Of a DNA stretch of 64,000 nt, positions 39,541-50,269 are shown in pieces. Origin of the DNA: a virus. The position numbers were made by a program, and so were the translations under genes. The notes beneath the pieces are model-generated. The model did not search any database and was not told the DNA's origin. It was given only the letters and a program-made list of their open reading frames with translations. Every line of letters begins with the position of its first letter. Within the stretch, counting starts at the first letter, position 1. The stretch is taken from positions 43,603-107,602 of IMG/VR virus record IMGVR_UViG_3300037184_000121; one strand, given 5' to 3'.

Positions 39541-39955
39541 GCTGGTAGAAGTTGTTAAAGATAATTTAGGAACACCCAGGCAGATAATTCATGATGTGAC
39601 AGAGATTAGTATGGCTCATGAGGATCTTGAGATCCTGGCTCAAAAGCATTCTCAATTGATTGATCAACGAAATGATCCTGTGTTGCGAAAGCATACAGTA
39701 CGCCGACAAGAAAAGTTGCTGAGAAAAATATTTAAGGCTGCATCCCAGGTATTGACCGATTCTCAGTTTCAAATTTTTACCATGCGTTATGTTTATAATA
39801 TGCCAGAATCCGAGATAACTCAACAGGTTGGGTGTGTACAGAATTATATTTCCAGGATTTTGAAAGCATCCATTAAGAAGATTCAGAAGAGTTTGCGACT
39901 TCCTATCAATTTAACAGGATTCACAAAAGATCGTAAGGTCAAGGAAATTGAATGA
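39515..39955 (+). CDS. Sigma-70 region-4-like HTH protein
   Basis: LTDSQFQIF.MRY..NM..SEI...VG..Q.YISR.LK...KKI. Confidence 0.72.
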   Translation: MKKKSKGHKLVEVVKDNLGTPRQIIHDVTEISMAHEDLEILAQKHSQLIDQRNDPVLRKHTVRRQEKLLRKIFKAASQVLTDSQFQIFTMRYVYNMPESEITQQVGCVQNYISRILKASIKKIQKSLRLPINLTGFTKDRKVKEIE

Positions 39956-40557
39956 AAAGTCCAAAACGACGAGGACCCTATAAAAGTAGGTACAACCGTA
40001 TTTATCTTAGGGATAAACTATCTGAACGAGAATTGGAATTGATGGAAAAGGATCTCGTAGATCATTCCGTTCAGGTCGCTCTTAGGATAAAGAATATAGG
40101 ATTCCCCAAGGAGCAGATTGAGATAGTAGTTAAGAATGCTGTTGAAAGGGCTCTGCAGACTTATCAATTTGGAAGTGGCGGGAGCCTTGGAGATCTAGTT
40201 AAGATGCATGTAATGGGGGATTTAAGGGCCGAATATAACAAAGCCTACCCAGATAAGGTTTCCAGTATAATATGGCCTGATTTAGTTGAAAAGAAGCCCT
40301 TTGACAGACTTCTAGAGATCCTTGAAGGGATTAAATTACTTCCCCATGAAATAGTATGTGAGATTTTTGAAGAAGCTAATCAGATGCTTAATGGACGGCA
40401 GCAGAAATTGTTATCTACTGTCTATAAAACTCCAGGTATTACTTATGTTGAGGTTTGTAAGCAGTTTGGGGCTCGTGGTGTAATGACTTATCGAGAGATT
40501 AAGATAATTTATGCTCAGCTACTGGAGACATTGAAATTTTTAGAGATTGTGTTATAA
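39952..40557 (+). CDS. Divergent sigma-factor-like protein
   Basis: Region-2-like LV.....A....GF..E........V.RA..TY....G.SL; region-4-like LNGRQQKLL......ITYVEV. Confidence 0.45.
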   Translation: MKSPKRRGPYKSRYNRIYLRDKLSERELELMEKDLVDHSVQVALRIKNIGFPKEQIEIVVKNAVERALQTYQFGSGGSLGDLVKMHVMGDLRAEYNKAYPDKVSSIIWPDLVEKKPFDRLLEILEGIKLLPHEIVCEIFEEANQMLNGRQQKLLSTVYKTPGITYVEVCKQFGARGVMTYREIKIIYAQLLETLKFLEIVL

Positions 40558-40568
40558 GGAGAATTTAA

Positions 40569-41312
40569 ATGAGTGAAGAAACTACACCACAACCAGAATC
40601 AATACCATCTCAGATTCCAATTCCTCCAAAAACTGGTGTAAAGCGTCATAAAGGAGTATTAGAAAATCTTCCTGTTGAGGTGAGGGAAGACATGGAAAAT
40701 GTCATGCGTACTACCAATCCATCAGCAGCTTATGAGTATATGAAAACCAAGTATGGGGCTCAGTTTCCGATTTTGAATGAACTTCCTAGGACTTCATTTC
40801 ACCATTATTTTAAAAAGCATAAAGTGAAGATGGCGAAGGAGCTATCTCTACAGATTGCAAGTGCTGCTCCTCCAAAAGAACTTCTTACTGTGATCGAAAA
40901 CCTTGGAAATCCTCAGATAAATATATTAGATAAACGTGCTGCTTTAACAGCTCTTTTTAATGCTGTTGAGGCTCGTAATAAGCTGTTGTTGGAACGACAA
41001 GCTAATTTCCTTGACCCTTATATTGAAAAACTCCTCCAGGAAGGCCGCAAAGAACAACGTGTAATCATTGAAAAGGTAACACTTATGCAGGATCAGCTAT
41101 CTAAAGAATCTGATAAAGATTGGTTAGCTGAAGCTGTTTATATCGAGAATATTTTTACTGTAGCAGCTATTACTGCCTATAAATTGGTCCATCAGGACCA
41201 GTCTAAGTATTCCCTTTTTATGACTACTTTAACGTCAACACTTACCGATTGTATGAAAGCCTATCGTTTAGTACGAGAGGCCCTAACCGAGAATGAAAAT
41301 AACAAATCTTAA
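40569..41312 (+). CDS. Hypothetical helical protein (weak resemblance to DUF3486/Mu gp27)
   Basis: AAGGAG SD; LENLPVEVREDM N-motif. Confidence 0.4.
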   Translation: MSEETTPQPESIPSQIPIPPKTGVKRHKGVLENLPVEVREDMENVMRTTNPSAAYEYMKTKYGAQFPILNELPRTSFHHYFKKHKVKMAKELSLQIASAAPPKELLTVIENLGNPQINILDKRAALTALFNAVEARNKLLLERQANFLDPYIEKLLQEGRKEQRVIIEKVTLMQDQLSKESDKDWLAEAVYIENIFTVAAITAYKLVHQDQSKYSLFMTTLTSTLTDCMKAYRLVREALTENENNKS

Positions 41313-41327
41313 CATCAAAAATAGCCA

Positions 41328-41356
41328 TTGACATTTATCCATATTCCTGTTAGACT
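41328..41356 (+). promoter_or_regulatory. sigma70-type promoter
   Basis: TTGACA-17-TAGACT; leader AGTAGATCAAAAA shared with promoter 4862. Confidence 0.8.
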
Positions 41357-41391
41357 TAAGTAGATCAAAAATATTCTTAGGGAGGATATAA

Positions 41392-41853
41392 ATGGATCTT
41401 CGAAAAGCTCAGACGATGGTGACAGACATGATGAAGCACCATAGCTTGATCGGTTGGAGCTTTAAATTTGATCGAGCTGTTAATCGCCTTGGGATGTGCA
41501 GCCATAGTCGTAGAGTGATCTTTTTAAGCACTCATGCTACTTCAGTCAACAGTGAAGCAGTTGTTTTAAACACGATTTTGCATGAAATCGCCCATGCCTA
41601 GGTTAGCGTTGATCACGGTCATGATGATGTTTGGCGCAACAAAGCTATTTCAATTGGGTGTGATGGGCAACGTTGCAGCAATATCGCAGTAAAAGCTCCT
41701 CCTAAATACACCATTGCCTGTAAGAGCTGCAATCAGATTCGAGGTCGTTTGTATCGCCTAACGCAGAGATATGCTACTCGTTTAGAATTTATGTGGTGCT
41801 CTTCCTGTGGGAAAGAACAGTCTAAGGGCAAATTAGTTTTGACGGCTGTATAA
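41392..41853 (+). pseudogene. SprT-like metalloprotease interrupted by in-frame TAG (41599-41601)
   Basis: W.F.FD.A..RLG.C...TILHEIAHA*VSVDHGHDDVWRNKAISIGC continues in frame to TAA 41853. Confidence 0.8.
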
Positions 41854-41859
41854 AAGGTC

Positions 41860-41888
41860 TTGACAAGATAACCTTTGGGGGCTATACT
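41860..41888 (+). promoter_or_regulatory. sigma70-type promoter
   Basis: TTGACA-AGATAACCTTTGGGGGC-TATACT. Confidence 0.85.
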
Positions 41889-41998
41889 TTAGTATGATGC
41901 CGAGTGATCACATGTTGCAGAGTTACTACCAGACTGGAACTGAACCTATAGAAGAGGTTGAGGAAGAAATTTTGGTTGATGAGGATGAGGATTAGATT

Positions 41999-43267
41999 AT
42001 GAGTATGCTTACAGTGATGGAAAAAGTAACAATCCGCTTGATCCAGTCAAGTCCCTTTTATGCCAGTCTCCTATCACAGATGCGTAAGATCGAGTGTGTA
42101 GGAGATCTTGCAAAGCAGATTCCTACTGAGGCAGTTGCCGTTGAGAATGGCAGAATCAATTTCTATTTCAATCCGAAGTTCCTTGAGACTCTTACCGTCG
42201 AGGAAGCGGTTGCAGTTCTTACTCATGAGTGTAACCATGTGGTTCTAGGACATCTGACTCGTATGCGTGATGAGTATAAAGAGAATGGTTCCCTTGCCAA
42301 CATAGCTCAAGACATGAATGCCAATCAAAATATTCAGCACCTTCCCCATGGGGCTTGCACCGTTCAATCAATCACAGCAGAGTTTGCTAAGAAGGGAATC
42401 AAATTGAATCTGAAGGATGACGATACCTCTGAGAATCATTATAAGGAATTGAATAAACATTCCAATAAAATGTCAGTAGAGCAGAACGCTGATGGCACCT
42501 ATGATCTTGTTATTAAAGATGCAAACGGTAAAGAGGTCGGGCGAATCAAAGTATCACCCTGCAGCAATAAGGATAAGCAATCTGAAGGTAACATGAAGGG
42601 AGATATCCCTGAGTTGGCTAAAGAAGTGATCCGACAGGCGGTTAAAGAAGCGGCTGAGGCAACACAGAAGGCTCGTGGGCACCTTCCTTCTGGCCTGGAA
42701 GAGGCTATCGGGGAATGGCTTAAGCCTCCAGTGATTTCCTGGAGAACCTTGCTAAAACGATTTCTGGCTGCATCCATTAAGTCGGGGAGTAAGAGAAGCT
42801 GGAAGCGTCCTAATCGTCGCTTTGGTGACTTGCAGAAGGGTAAGCTGAGTGATCGAATGGTCAGTGTCACGATTGCCATTGATACCAGTGGCAGTATATC
42901 CACTGAGGATTTTAAATCCTTTATTTCTGAAATGAGAGCTATACAGTCCTGTTATAAGGGAACGATGACAGTCATGGAATGTGATGCTGAGATTCAGAAG
43001 ACCTATAAACTGAACAAGTATAAAAAGATCCAAACTAATTTTAAAGGAAGAGGTGGGACAAGCTTTAGACCTGTGTTTGAGTATATTAAAGAGAAAAGAT
43101 TGAAAACAGATTTGCTTGTGTTTTTTACAGATCTTTGGGGTGATCAGGAAAACTGCCAAAAACCCCCTTACCCTGTTCTGTGGGTTTCTACGACAAGTGA
43201 TCAAAAGGTCCCATTTGGACATGTAATATCTTTAGTAGATAATCCTGATAAAAGGGATAAAAAATAA
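41999..43267 (+). CDS. DUF2201-type metallopeptidase-vWA protein
   Basis: PFYA.LL, HECNH, WKRPNRR, MIDAS IDTSGS, GRGGTSF.PVF, FFTD. Confidence 0.88.
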   Translation: MSMLTVMEKVTIRLIQSSPFYASLLSQMRKIECVGDLAKQIPTEAVAVENGRINFYFNPKFLETLTVEEAVAVLTHECNHVVLGHLTRMRDEYKENGSLANIAQDMNANQNIQHLPHGACTVQSITAEFAKKGIKLNLKDDDTSENHYKELNKHSNKMSVEQNADGTYDLVIKDANGKEVGRIKVSPCSNKDKQSEGNMKGDIPELAKEVIRQAVKEAAEATQKARGHLPSGLEEAIGEWLKPPVISWRTLLKRFLAASIKSGSKRSWKRPNRRFGDLQKGKLSDRMVSVTIAIDTSGSISTEDFKSFISEMRAIQSCYKGTMTVMECDAEIQKTYKLNKYKKIQTNFKGRGGTSFRPVFEYIKEKRLKTDLLVFFTDLWGDQENCQKPPYPVLWVSTTSDQKVPFGHVISLVDNPDKRDKK

Positions 43268-43270
43268 CCC

Positions 43271-43299
43271 TTGACGGATTGTTATTTACATGCTATACT
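43271..43299 (+). promoter_or_regulatory. sigma70-type promoter
   Basis: TTGACG-17-TATACT; spacer contains ATTGTTATTT. Confidence 0.8.
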
Positions 43300-43331
43300 A
43301 AGGCGTACTAGAAAACTAAGGGAGATTAAAA

Positions 43332-44444
43332 ATGAGAATCGATGACGCAAAACGGTATATCAAAAATATCATAGAGAAGCAGACTCCAGTTACAGTAGCT
43401 ATGGTAGGACCGTCAGGTGTCGGTAAGTCTGCTATTGAAAAACAGCTTGCTCAGGAATTAGGCATTGAGTTCCTTGATCTACGTCTTGCTACTCAAGAGC
43501 CTTCTGACTTGATTGGTATTCCTTATCAAAAATGTACCGAAGATTGCAAAGTTGTTACAGATAAAGATGGCAATCGACAGGTCATTCACGGAACGCATGA
43601 GACTCATTGGGCTAGACCAGCATGGTTCCCTAAGCCTGGGACTCATGGTGTGATCTGCTTGGAAGAGTTGAATCGTGCTCCTAATGATGTTCGTCAATGC
43701 ATCTTTCAGTTCATTTGGGATCGGGTGCTTCATACTCAGGTACTGCCTGAAGGTTGGACTATTGTTTTGTCTATGAATCCAGAGACCGATGATGGCTCCT
43801 ATCAGGTTGAGACTCTGGATAAGGCTCTTATTCGTCGTTGCTCTGTAGTTGTTGTTGAACCTAATGTGGCTGCATGGGAAAAATGGGCTAACATTCCTGG
43901 CAACGTACCCCCAGAGATCACAGGATTTATCGGAACGCATAAAGATATGTTGTTTGTTCCTGAAAAATTCGAATTCCCTGTCACTCGTACACCTGCCAGC
44001 TGGGGTGATACTCTTTCCCTCCTTTGGAAAGATAAGGTGATGCCCCAGGATTTGGAGTATGAAATCCTCTCAGGCATTGTCGGCAAAGAAGCGGCTGCTC
44101 TTTTCATCAAGTATATGGACAAGAATTATGAGCGTCCCGTTAATGGTGAAGAGGTCCTTAAAGACTTCTCTGAGGTAAAAGATAAAGTTATGAAGCAGCT
44201 CAAGAAGGCTGATGAGATGTACGTTACCATTAAACAGATTATTGGTATCGCTGAAGCCTCTAATAAGAAACTCACGAAAAAGCAGATGGAGAATCTTATT
44301 GAGTTCATCGATGTCCTATCAGCAGATACAGCAGCAATGATTGTACATGAACTTCCGTCAGAGATTGTTAGTGCCTTGGTCGAGTTGGATGAAAGAATCC
44401 TGAAGGTTGGGAAAGCATCCCGCACAGCACGAGAGGATAAGTAA
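43332..44444 (+). CDS. MoxR-like AAA+ ATPase (partner of vWA protein)
   Basis: GPSGVGKS, DLRL...EPSDLIGIP, LEELNRA, MNP, LDKAL.RR. Confidence 0.88.
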   Translation: MRIDDAKRYIKNIIEKQTPVTVAMVGPSGVGKSAIEKQLAQELGIEFLDLRLATQEPSDLIGIPYQKCTEDCKVVTDKDGNRQVIHGTHETHWARPAWFPKPGTHGVICLEELNRAPNDVRQCIFQFIWDRVLHTQVLPEGWTIVLSMNPETDDGSYQVETLDKALIRRCSVVVVEPNVAAWEKWANIPGNVPPEITGFIGTHKDMLFVPEKFEFPVTRTPASWGDTLSLLWKDKVMPQDLEYEILSGIVGKEAAALFIKYMDKNYERPVNGEEVLKDFSEVKDKVMKQLKKADEMYVTIKQIIGIAEASNKKLTKKQMENLIEFIDVLSADTAAMIVHELPSEIVSALVELDERILKVGKASRTAREDK

Positions 44445-45253
44445 ATGGATGCTAAAGATATAGCGGCTGCTGAACTTCAGCTGAAGCAGTTGACAGCAAA
44501 ATGCTTGGACAATGGTGTAGCCTTGATCCTTCTGGATATGGAAATTGATGCCCGAAAAGCCTATCCAGGCACCGTTGATGTAGATCCGTATGCCAGAAAG
44601 ATTGTTGCTTATTTGCGTGAACATATGGTGAAGCCATGAGCTGGATATTCCACGATTGTTATAAGACACTGAAGGAAGCACAAGGAGCTGGAGAAGATAT
44701 TGTAAAATTGGGATTTGCAAAGGGTGTGAAAGTGTCAAAGACAGGAAAGAAAAGTAAGCCATTTATGATGTACATTTTACCAATCAAAGAGAGGGAGGAA
44801 AAGTAACATGCCTAGTTATACTGCTTATCCAAAGGAAGCTGATACAAAGTCTAGGAAGGCTCGTAAAGGGGATCGCGCTAAGACATTTCTTGCCAACAAA
44901 GCTGCTGGTAGGAAACTTCGTAATGCTCGTAGAGCTGAACGGGATGCCCGATTAGAAGCTCAGCAAGCTCTTGAAGAGGGAACCGAGGAATAACATGAGC
45001 AAGTGGGAAGAGCTGAATGATTTCTCAATGTATGATGGAAAGACTCCCTGTGTATTATGTAAGGGGGAATCTCAGCAGACTATCGTTGGGGATCATTGGA
45101 AATGCTCTGCTTGTGCCCATATCTTTAATAAAGATGGCTCACCTATAGGGATCGATTGCTACTGTGATGCCTGTAGGAAGCAGCAGGAAGAGGCAGAAAG
45201 CTTGGAAGAGGAGTTAAACAAGGCAACCAAGGAACCAGAGCAGGAATAATTTA

Positions 45254-45293
45254 GCCAGAGGGTGTGCCCTCCCTCATGCCCTCTGGCCTTTTT
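45254..45293 (+). terminator. Rho-independent terminator
   Basis: Stem GCCAGAGGGTGTG/CATGCCCTCTGGC followed by CTTTTT. Confidence 0.78.
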
Positions 45294-45757
45294 AAAAGGA
45301 GATTAAAATGCAGCTTAATTTAGTTGAACGGGATATTAAAATTAAAGAAGAAGCCCTTCAGCGTTGTAAGTACAACCTGGAATGTCTCCGTCGATCTCCA
45401 GGAGTTGCAGAGTATCAGGAAGGTATAAAATTAATTGGTCAGGAAGCATTCTATCTTCAAGATCAATTGGATCAATACTATGTTGTGCAATCTATATTGA
45501 GAGAGGAACAAGGTTCTTGTGATGAAATGCTTCCAAAGGCTTAGAGGGTTATTAAATCTTATTATACCAAAACACAAATACTATTTAATAACTAATGTGT
45601 TTTGCACATTGGATGATCCGAATCAATTTGATGTTATAAAAATATGTATGGAATGTGGGGGTAAGGAAACCTTATCTATGGATAAAGAAACCTTATTAGA
45701 AGTTGTAAAGAAATTTCCAAATGCATTTGATGAACGATTGAGAGGTTATCTTCAAAC

Positions 45758-46068
45758 ATGGATGAGATGAGTTTGATTTGTATCAACTGTGGTCATACAT
45801 TTAAATTTCATCAACAAAGCACATTTGAGCTTTGGTACTGTGATTATGATGATAGTTGCCAATGTAATGATTTTAAGCAGAAACGAGCTGCTGGAACCGA
45901 TGGTGACGAGATCGAGGTTCAGTATGATAGTGAAAGCTACCGATGGAACTAACCTGTAGTTGTGGTCATTGTCGAGAGATTCATCATGAGGTCCAGGTTT
46001 GGATGGGTCGAAAAATTTGTTTGGTATATGGCTGTGAGTGTAGAAATCTAGTTGTAAAGGAGAGTTAA
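45758..46068 (+). CDS. Two small CGH-type Zn-binding proteins (45758-45952; 45943-46068 not in track), no tail
   Basis: CINCGH....H..C....CQC; CSCGH....H..C...GCEC. Confidence 0.55.
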
Positions 46069-46228
46069 AATGGCACTTAGAAAAAAAGGTACACCAGCAA
46101 AGATTAGTCTATTAACAGAAAGCGAATTGACAACACTTAGAAGTTTAGTTAGCAAAGCTCTTAAAGCAGGATATGAGCCTTCTGATGTTTTCCCAGAAAG
46201 TAAGCCAAATAAGGGTAAAAAATAAGTC

Positions 46229-46257
46229 TTGACATTGTTATCTTTTGGGGGTATACT
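46229..46257 (+). promoter_or_regulatory. sigma70-type promoter
   Basis: TTGACA-TTGTTATCTTTTGGGGG-TATACT. Confidence 0.85.
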
Positions 46258-46601
46258 TTAGCATGGATGAGAAAATTGAAAATGAAGTATCTGCAGCTGG
46301 ATGTCAGTGTGATGAATGTTTAAATGTTTTTGTTAGCTATAAGAGTTGGCAGAATTAAGGAGATTGGGATGCCATATATTGAATGTGGTGAATGCGATTT
46401 TGGAACTGAGGATGGTCTTCAGGCTATGGTGCAGCATGTTTTGGATACTCATACAGGCTACACTCCTGAACAGGCCCAGCAATACGCTGAGAGCTGGCTG
46501 GAAGATGCCTATGAACGAGAGGAAGCAGCGAGTATTGAACGTGCAGAATACTTTCGGATTCATGGCATTGACCCAGATGATATTGATAGGGACCCATTAG
46601 A

Positions 46602-47018
46602 ATGAATGATCGGCATAATCGGTTTCTTAAAGCAGCTCATGAGATGGCTCTCAAGAGTACTGAGATGAAACGTCAGTTTGGTGTCGTCATTGTAGATGGG
46701 AACAAGATCCTGGCAACAGGTCGTAATAGAAAGTCTCACCCGAAAATTCCTACAATTACCAGTCAGAATGGTGAGCGTAGGTATTTTGGATTACATGCAG
46801 AGTGTGATGCTCTCTTGAAATGTGACTTCTCCGTTAAACGGGCGGCAGTTTATATCTGGGGGCAGAATGTTTCAACAGGGAATCTGTGTCATAGTGGACC
46901 TTGTGATCTTTGCCAAAGACTTTTGATAGCTCGTGGGATCAAGCAAGCAATTTTTCCGACGCAAGATGGATATGAGATCCTTTCACTTACTGATAGAAAA
47001 TTAAATGGAGGTAATTAA
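46602..47018 (+). CDS. Cytidine/dCMP deaminase-family protein
   Basis: GVVIV....LATGRN, HAE.DAL, GPCDLC. Confidence 0.85.
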   Translation: MNDRHNRFLKAAHEMALKSTEMKRQFGVVIVDGNKILATGRNRKSHPKIPTITSQNGERRYFGLHAECDALLKCDFSVKRAAVYIWGQNVSTGNLCHSGPCDLCQRLLIARGIKQAIFPTQDGYEILSLTDRKLNGGN

Positions 47019-47165
47019 CATGGCCTTGATTAATAATAAAAATACTGGGAAAGTTATTGCTGCAATTGAAAAGAAATTACAAAGACCTTTGACTGTTAAG
47101 GAGTTGTATAGCATTCTTCATGGGGATAACTCAGTTCTTTCTACAAAGAAAGAAGGTAAGAAGTA

Positions 47166-47441
47166 ATGAAATATTTTTGGTTTGTTATTCCTTTGATGTT
47201 AATTGGTTGCTCCAGTGTTCGTTTCGTTACTGTTAGTCATGGGCAGCTAGTTACACAGGATAACAGATCTGTTAACATCCTTGGCAATCCACCGATGGTT
47301 TGCCACTATGAGAATTCTCCTCAGACATTCTCAGGTTATTTCATGTATCAAAGAGAAGATGGAGCAATCTTGTTGGATGACTTTGGGCGTGGAACTGTTG
47401 AGTTATATGATAGTCCAGTATGCACATTGGGGTTAGAATGA
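47166..47441 (+). CDS. Putative lipoprotein
   Basis: Lipobox-like LIGC after hydrophobic N-terminus. Confidence 0.55.
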   Translation: MKYFWFVIPLMLIGCSSVRFVTVSHGQLVTQDNRSVNILGNPPMVCHYENSPQTFSGYFMYQREDGAILLDDFGRGTVELYDSPVCTLGLE

Positions 47442-47773
47442 GCGAGACTGTAGAAGACATCTTTAATCATACCTGGAAAGAGGGATGGCAGCTTGATTTG
47501 GAATACATCCTGCCTCGTGTGGTATTTCATAAGGGTAGTGGGACTTGCTACATGTATAGTTTAAAGGATTTTGACGATCATCTACGGACTTGCGAATTGA
47601 CAAATTTAGAATACTTAGAAGGTAGGTTATTTTACCGTGAGCATTGTATGCAGTTGCTTCAGAAACGGATGACAGATAGACTAGTAGAAGGTCGTAAGAT
47701 AGTTTCATTTAAAACTTATGGATACGATGGAATAAATCTTGAGGTTACTACAATTATTAAAGGAGATAAATAA
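47438..47773 (+). CDS. Hypothetical protein with internal TNLEYLE motif
   Basis: ELTNLEYLEGR. Confidence 0.5.
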   Translation: MSETVEDIFNHTWKEGWQLDLEYILPRVVFHKGSGTCYMYSLKDFDDHLRTCELTNLEYLEGRLFYREHCMQLLQKRMTDRLVEGRKIVSFKTYGYDGINLEVTTIIKGDK

Positions 47774-47775
47774 TC

Positions 47776-48015
47776 ATGCGTAAAGGAACAAGTCATTCAG
47801 AAGAGACTAAAGCTAAGATTGCAGCGGCTAAGGTTGGTAAGACATTCACACCAGAACACTCAGCAAAGATTGCTGATGCTCTTAAGGGTCGCAAGAAAAC
47901 ACCAGCTCATAAGTTGGCTATCAGTGAAGGTATCAAAGCTTCTAAAGCTGCAAAGGCTGCTGCACTTGTTGCTGCTACACCAGTAGTTGAAGCTCCAGAA
48001 GTATTGGGTCAATAA
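47776..48015 (+). CDS. Stand-alone NUMOD3-repeat DNA-binding protein
   Basis: HSEETKAKIA, TPEHSAKIA, TPAHKLAIS; strong SD. Confidence 0.7.
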   Translation: MRKGTSHSEETKAKIAAAKVGKTFTPEHSAKIADALKGRKKTPAHKLAISEGIKASKAAKAAALVAATPVVEAPEVLGQ

Positions 48016-48467
48016 TGGACTTGTCACTCTGCGAATTCATTGCTGCCATTAAGAAAGATCCTACAGCTAAAATAGAGAATCTTTCCATAAGGGAATTCTA
48101 TGCTCTGAAGGCCCATATATTGGTGTGCCAGATTTGTAGTGAGACAGTAGATGAGATAGTGGCAAAGGCTGATGAGATGCCTCATGTAACAGATGGCTGG
48201 GATATTACAAGGTATAATTAGCTATGTCTAATAATTCAAGAGATACCTATATTCAGATGTTCGATGCTTTGCTGTCCCAGGAGCTATGCTATAGTTCTTC
48301 TTCAGCAACAGAGGCGAATATCCGTAATGCCATGAAGAGGATACTTGGAAAGGCTATTAGGAGCAATGTTATTAAGTTGTATTCCAATCTTGTGCTAGAT
48401 GAGAATTTAAACGTTCATTTCACAATCGTTGATGCTGATAATACTCCATTTGACTTGGTGCTTTACT

Positions 48468-48710
48468 ATGGTAAGTAATCCTGATGAATTTGATGAGGAG
48501 CAGCTGAAGAGATTTGAACGTGCTATGTCTCCTTGTAGAACCTGTAGACATATTCGTATGGCTCATTCATCTCTTTCTATAAATAAAGGAAAGTGTTTAG
48601 ATTCACGATTAACAAATAAAGAAGTGCATGAGCCTTGTGCTTGTCGGCTATTCATTCCTGCAGAGAATTTAGAGTATTTAGAATGGGTTGCTGAGAATAA
48701 GGGAAAATGA
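48468..48710 (+). CDS. NLxYLE-tail Zn-binding protein
   Basis: RAMSPCRTCRH....H...C...CAC; tail AENLEYLEW; RAMSPC also in 16275-16502. Confidence 0.68.
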   Translation: MVSNPDEFDEEQLKRFERAMSPCRTCRHIRMAHSSLSINKGKCLDSRLTNKEVHEPCACRLFIPAENLEYLEWVAENKGK

Positions 48711-48961
48711 ATATGTATAAAAAACTAGATTGTACATGTGGTCATGAATATATGCAGCATGAATACAATAAAGGGTATAGCCTTGATTCTTGCTGGTGTG
48801 CTTGCATCCATTATGATCCAGCAGGGCATAATCCAGAGCTGGAGAATGTCCTGTGTCCTCGTTGTAGATTGGTTCGATTGGAACGAGTAGATAGGCATTA
48901 TATATGCATTGCTTGCCAGTATGTGATGCTGGAATCTCAGGTCCTGGAGCTAGTCGGATGA
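48707..48961 (+). CDS. CxCGH Zn-binding protein with second zinc ribbon
   Basis: CTCGH....H...CWCAC; CPRC...CIAC. Confidence 0.55.
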   Translation: MNMYKKLDCTCGHEYMQHEYNKGYSLDSCWCACIHYDPAGHNPELENVLCPRCRLVRLERVDRHYICIACQYVMLESQVLELVG

Positions 48962-49352
48962 GTAATTTTAGGGTGATTTGGGTAGTGAGGGGGCTCATTC
49001 TTCTTAATGCATCTGCAGCTATTGGAATAGTAAAAATCTTATGGAGGTATATTTATGAAAAAAGAGAAAGTAAAGCAAACTCGTGAAGTGACAAAAGAGG
49101 ACTACCCTAAGACATTTAATCTGTTGAGAGAATTAGAAGAACTATTGAAAGATCGAGAGGATTACCGATGGTAAATCCACAAGCAGCTGTCCAGGAACTT
49201 ATAGTTTACGTTGCAGGTCTCAATTATTTTGAAAAAAAGCAGGAGATCATGTATGCCCTTCTGGATCTTGCGTGGTCCCTACGGGATGCTGAGACTACAG
49301 AAGAGTTGCCTGAAGAGTTTCAAGGTGGGCGGGAAGCTCCCTGGTGCGATTA

Positions 49353-49928
49353 ATGAAATATATTGCATTCGACGTTGAGGCAGGAGGCACCGAAGTTGAT
49401 CATTCGATGCTCTCTGCCTACTTTGTGGTCATTGATGAGGATCTTAAGACAGTATATGGTGAGCTTGATCTACTGATTAAACCAGACAACGGTAACTATG
49501 TGGTGACAGCCGAGGCCCTAGGAGTCAATAGGATTAATCTCATTGAGCATGATAAGGTTGCTATCACCGAAAGCAAGGCTGGTACGTTGCTCTACAATTT
49601 CTTAAAAACTCATGCCCCAAATGGCACCGTGAAGCTGACACCTCTAGGGCATGGGATTGCTTTTGATGTACAGTTCGTTAAAAGGCATCTGCTTAATAAA
49701 AGCTTTAATCAATTTGTATCCTATCGTATGCTAGATACCTCTAGTATAATTCAGTTCATGAAGCTTGTAGGTCAGGTTCCACGAGATTTAGCAGGATCAT
49801 TATCTGAGATAGCTACATATTTTGGGGTTTCAACTGTGACCAATATTGCTCATACAGCGAAGGGTGATACTTGGATGGTCATAGAGATATTACGAAAGCT
49901 AAGAGATTCAGAAATGGGGCTTATATGA
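49353..49928 (+). CDS. DEDDh 3'-5' exonuclease
   Basis: FDVEAGG, GHGIAFD, LDT, HTAKGD. Confidence 0.87.
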   Translation: MKYIAFDVEAGGTEVDHSMLSAYFVVIDEDLKTVYGELDLLIKPDNGNYVVTAEALGVNRINLIEHDKVAITESKAGTLLYNFLKTHAPNGTVKLTPLGHGIAFDVQFVKRHLLNKSFNQFVSYRMLDTSSIIQFMKLVGQVPRDLAGSLSEIATYFGVSTVTNIAHTAKGDTWMVIEILRKLRDSEMGLI

Positions 49929-50240
49929 AAGTTAGATTCTTTGAATTAGAGATAAATGGTAAGACATTACTGCAGCTTGGGGATAAGCAGCTTCCAAGTA
50001 AAGGTAATGGCTGGCTGATGGTTGGCCTTCGAATTCCTAGCATTATATTGCCTTTTCAAAAACGGAATGATCTTGGAGAATGGGAACGGACCTTTGCTCT
50101 CTCCCTTCCTACACTATTCCAGGTTACAAATGTAGCTGATATTTCGTGGGAAATGCATAAACGAGTGCTTGGATTTGGATTTGCTATTTGCTATCAATAT
50201 GGTTATTGAAATAGCTCTATTTATAGACTAAAATAACCCA

Positions 50241-50269
50241 TTGACATTCATCTCTTTTCATGCTATACT
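50241..50269 (+). promoter_or_regulatory. sigma70-type promoter
   Basis: TTGACA-17-TATACT. Confidence 0.85.

Noticed and set aside
41599-41601. Genome-wide TAG recoding (code 15)
   Set aside because: Long genes have no internal TAG, TAG ends genes normally (e.g. 54050), and the expected residue here is Leu not Gln
41999-44444. vWA-metallopeptidase plus MoxR pair as a novel system
   Set aside because: Well-known gene pair in phages and bacteria
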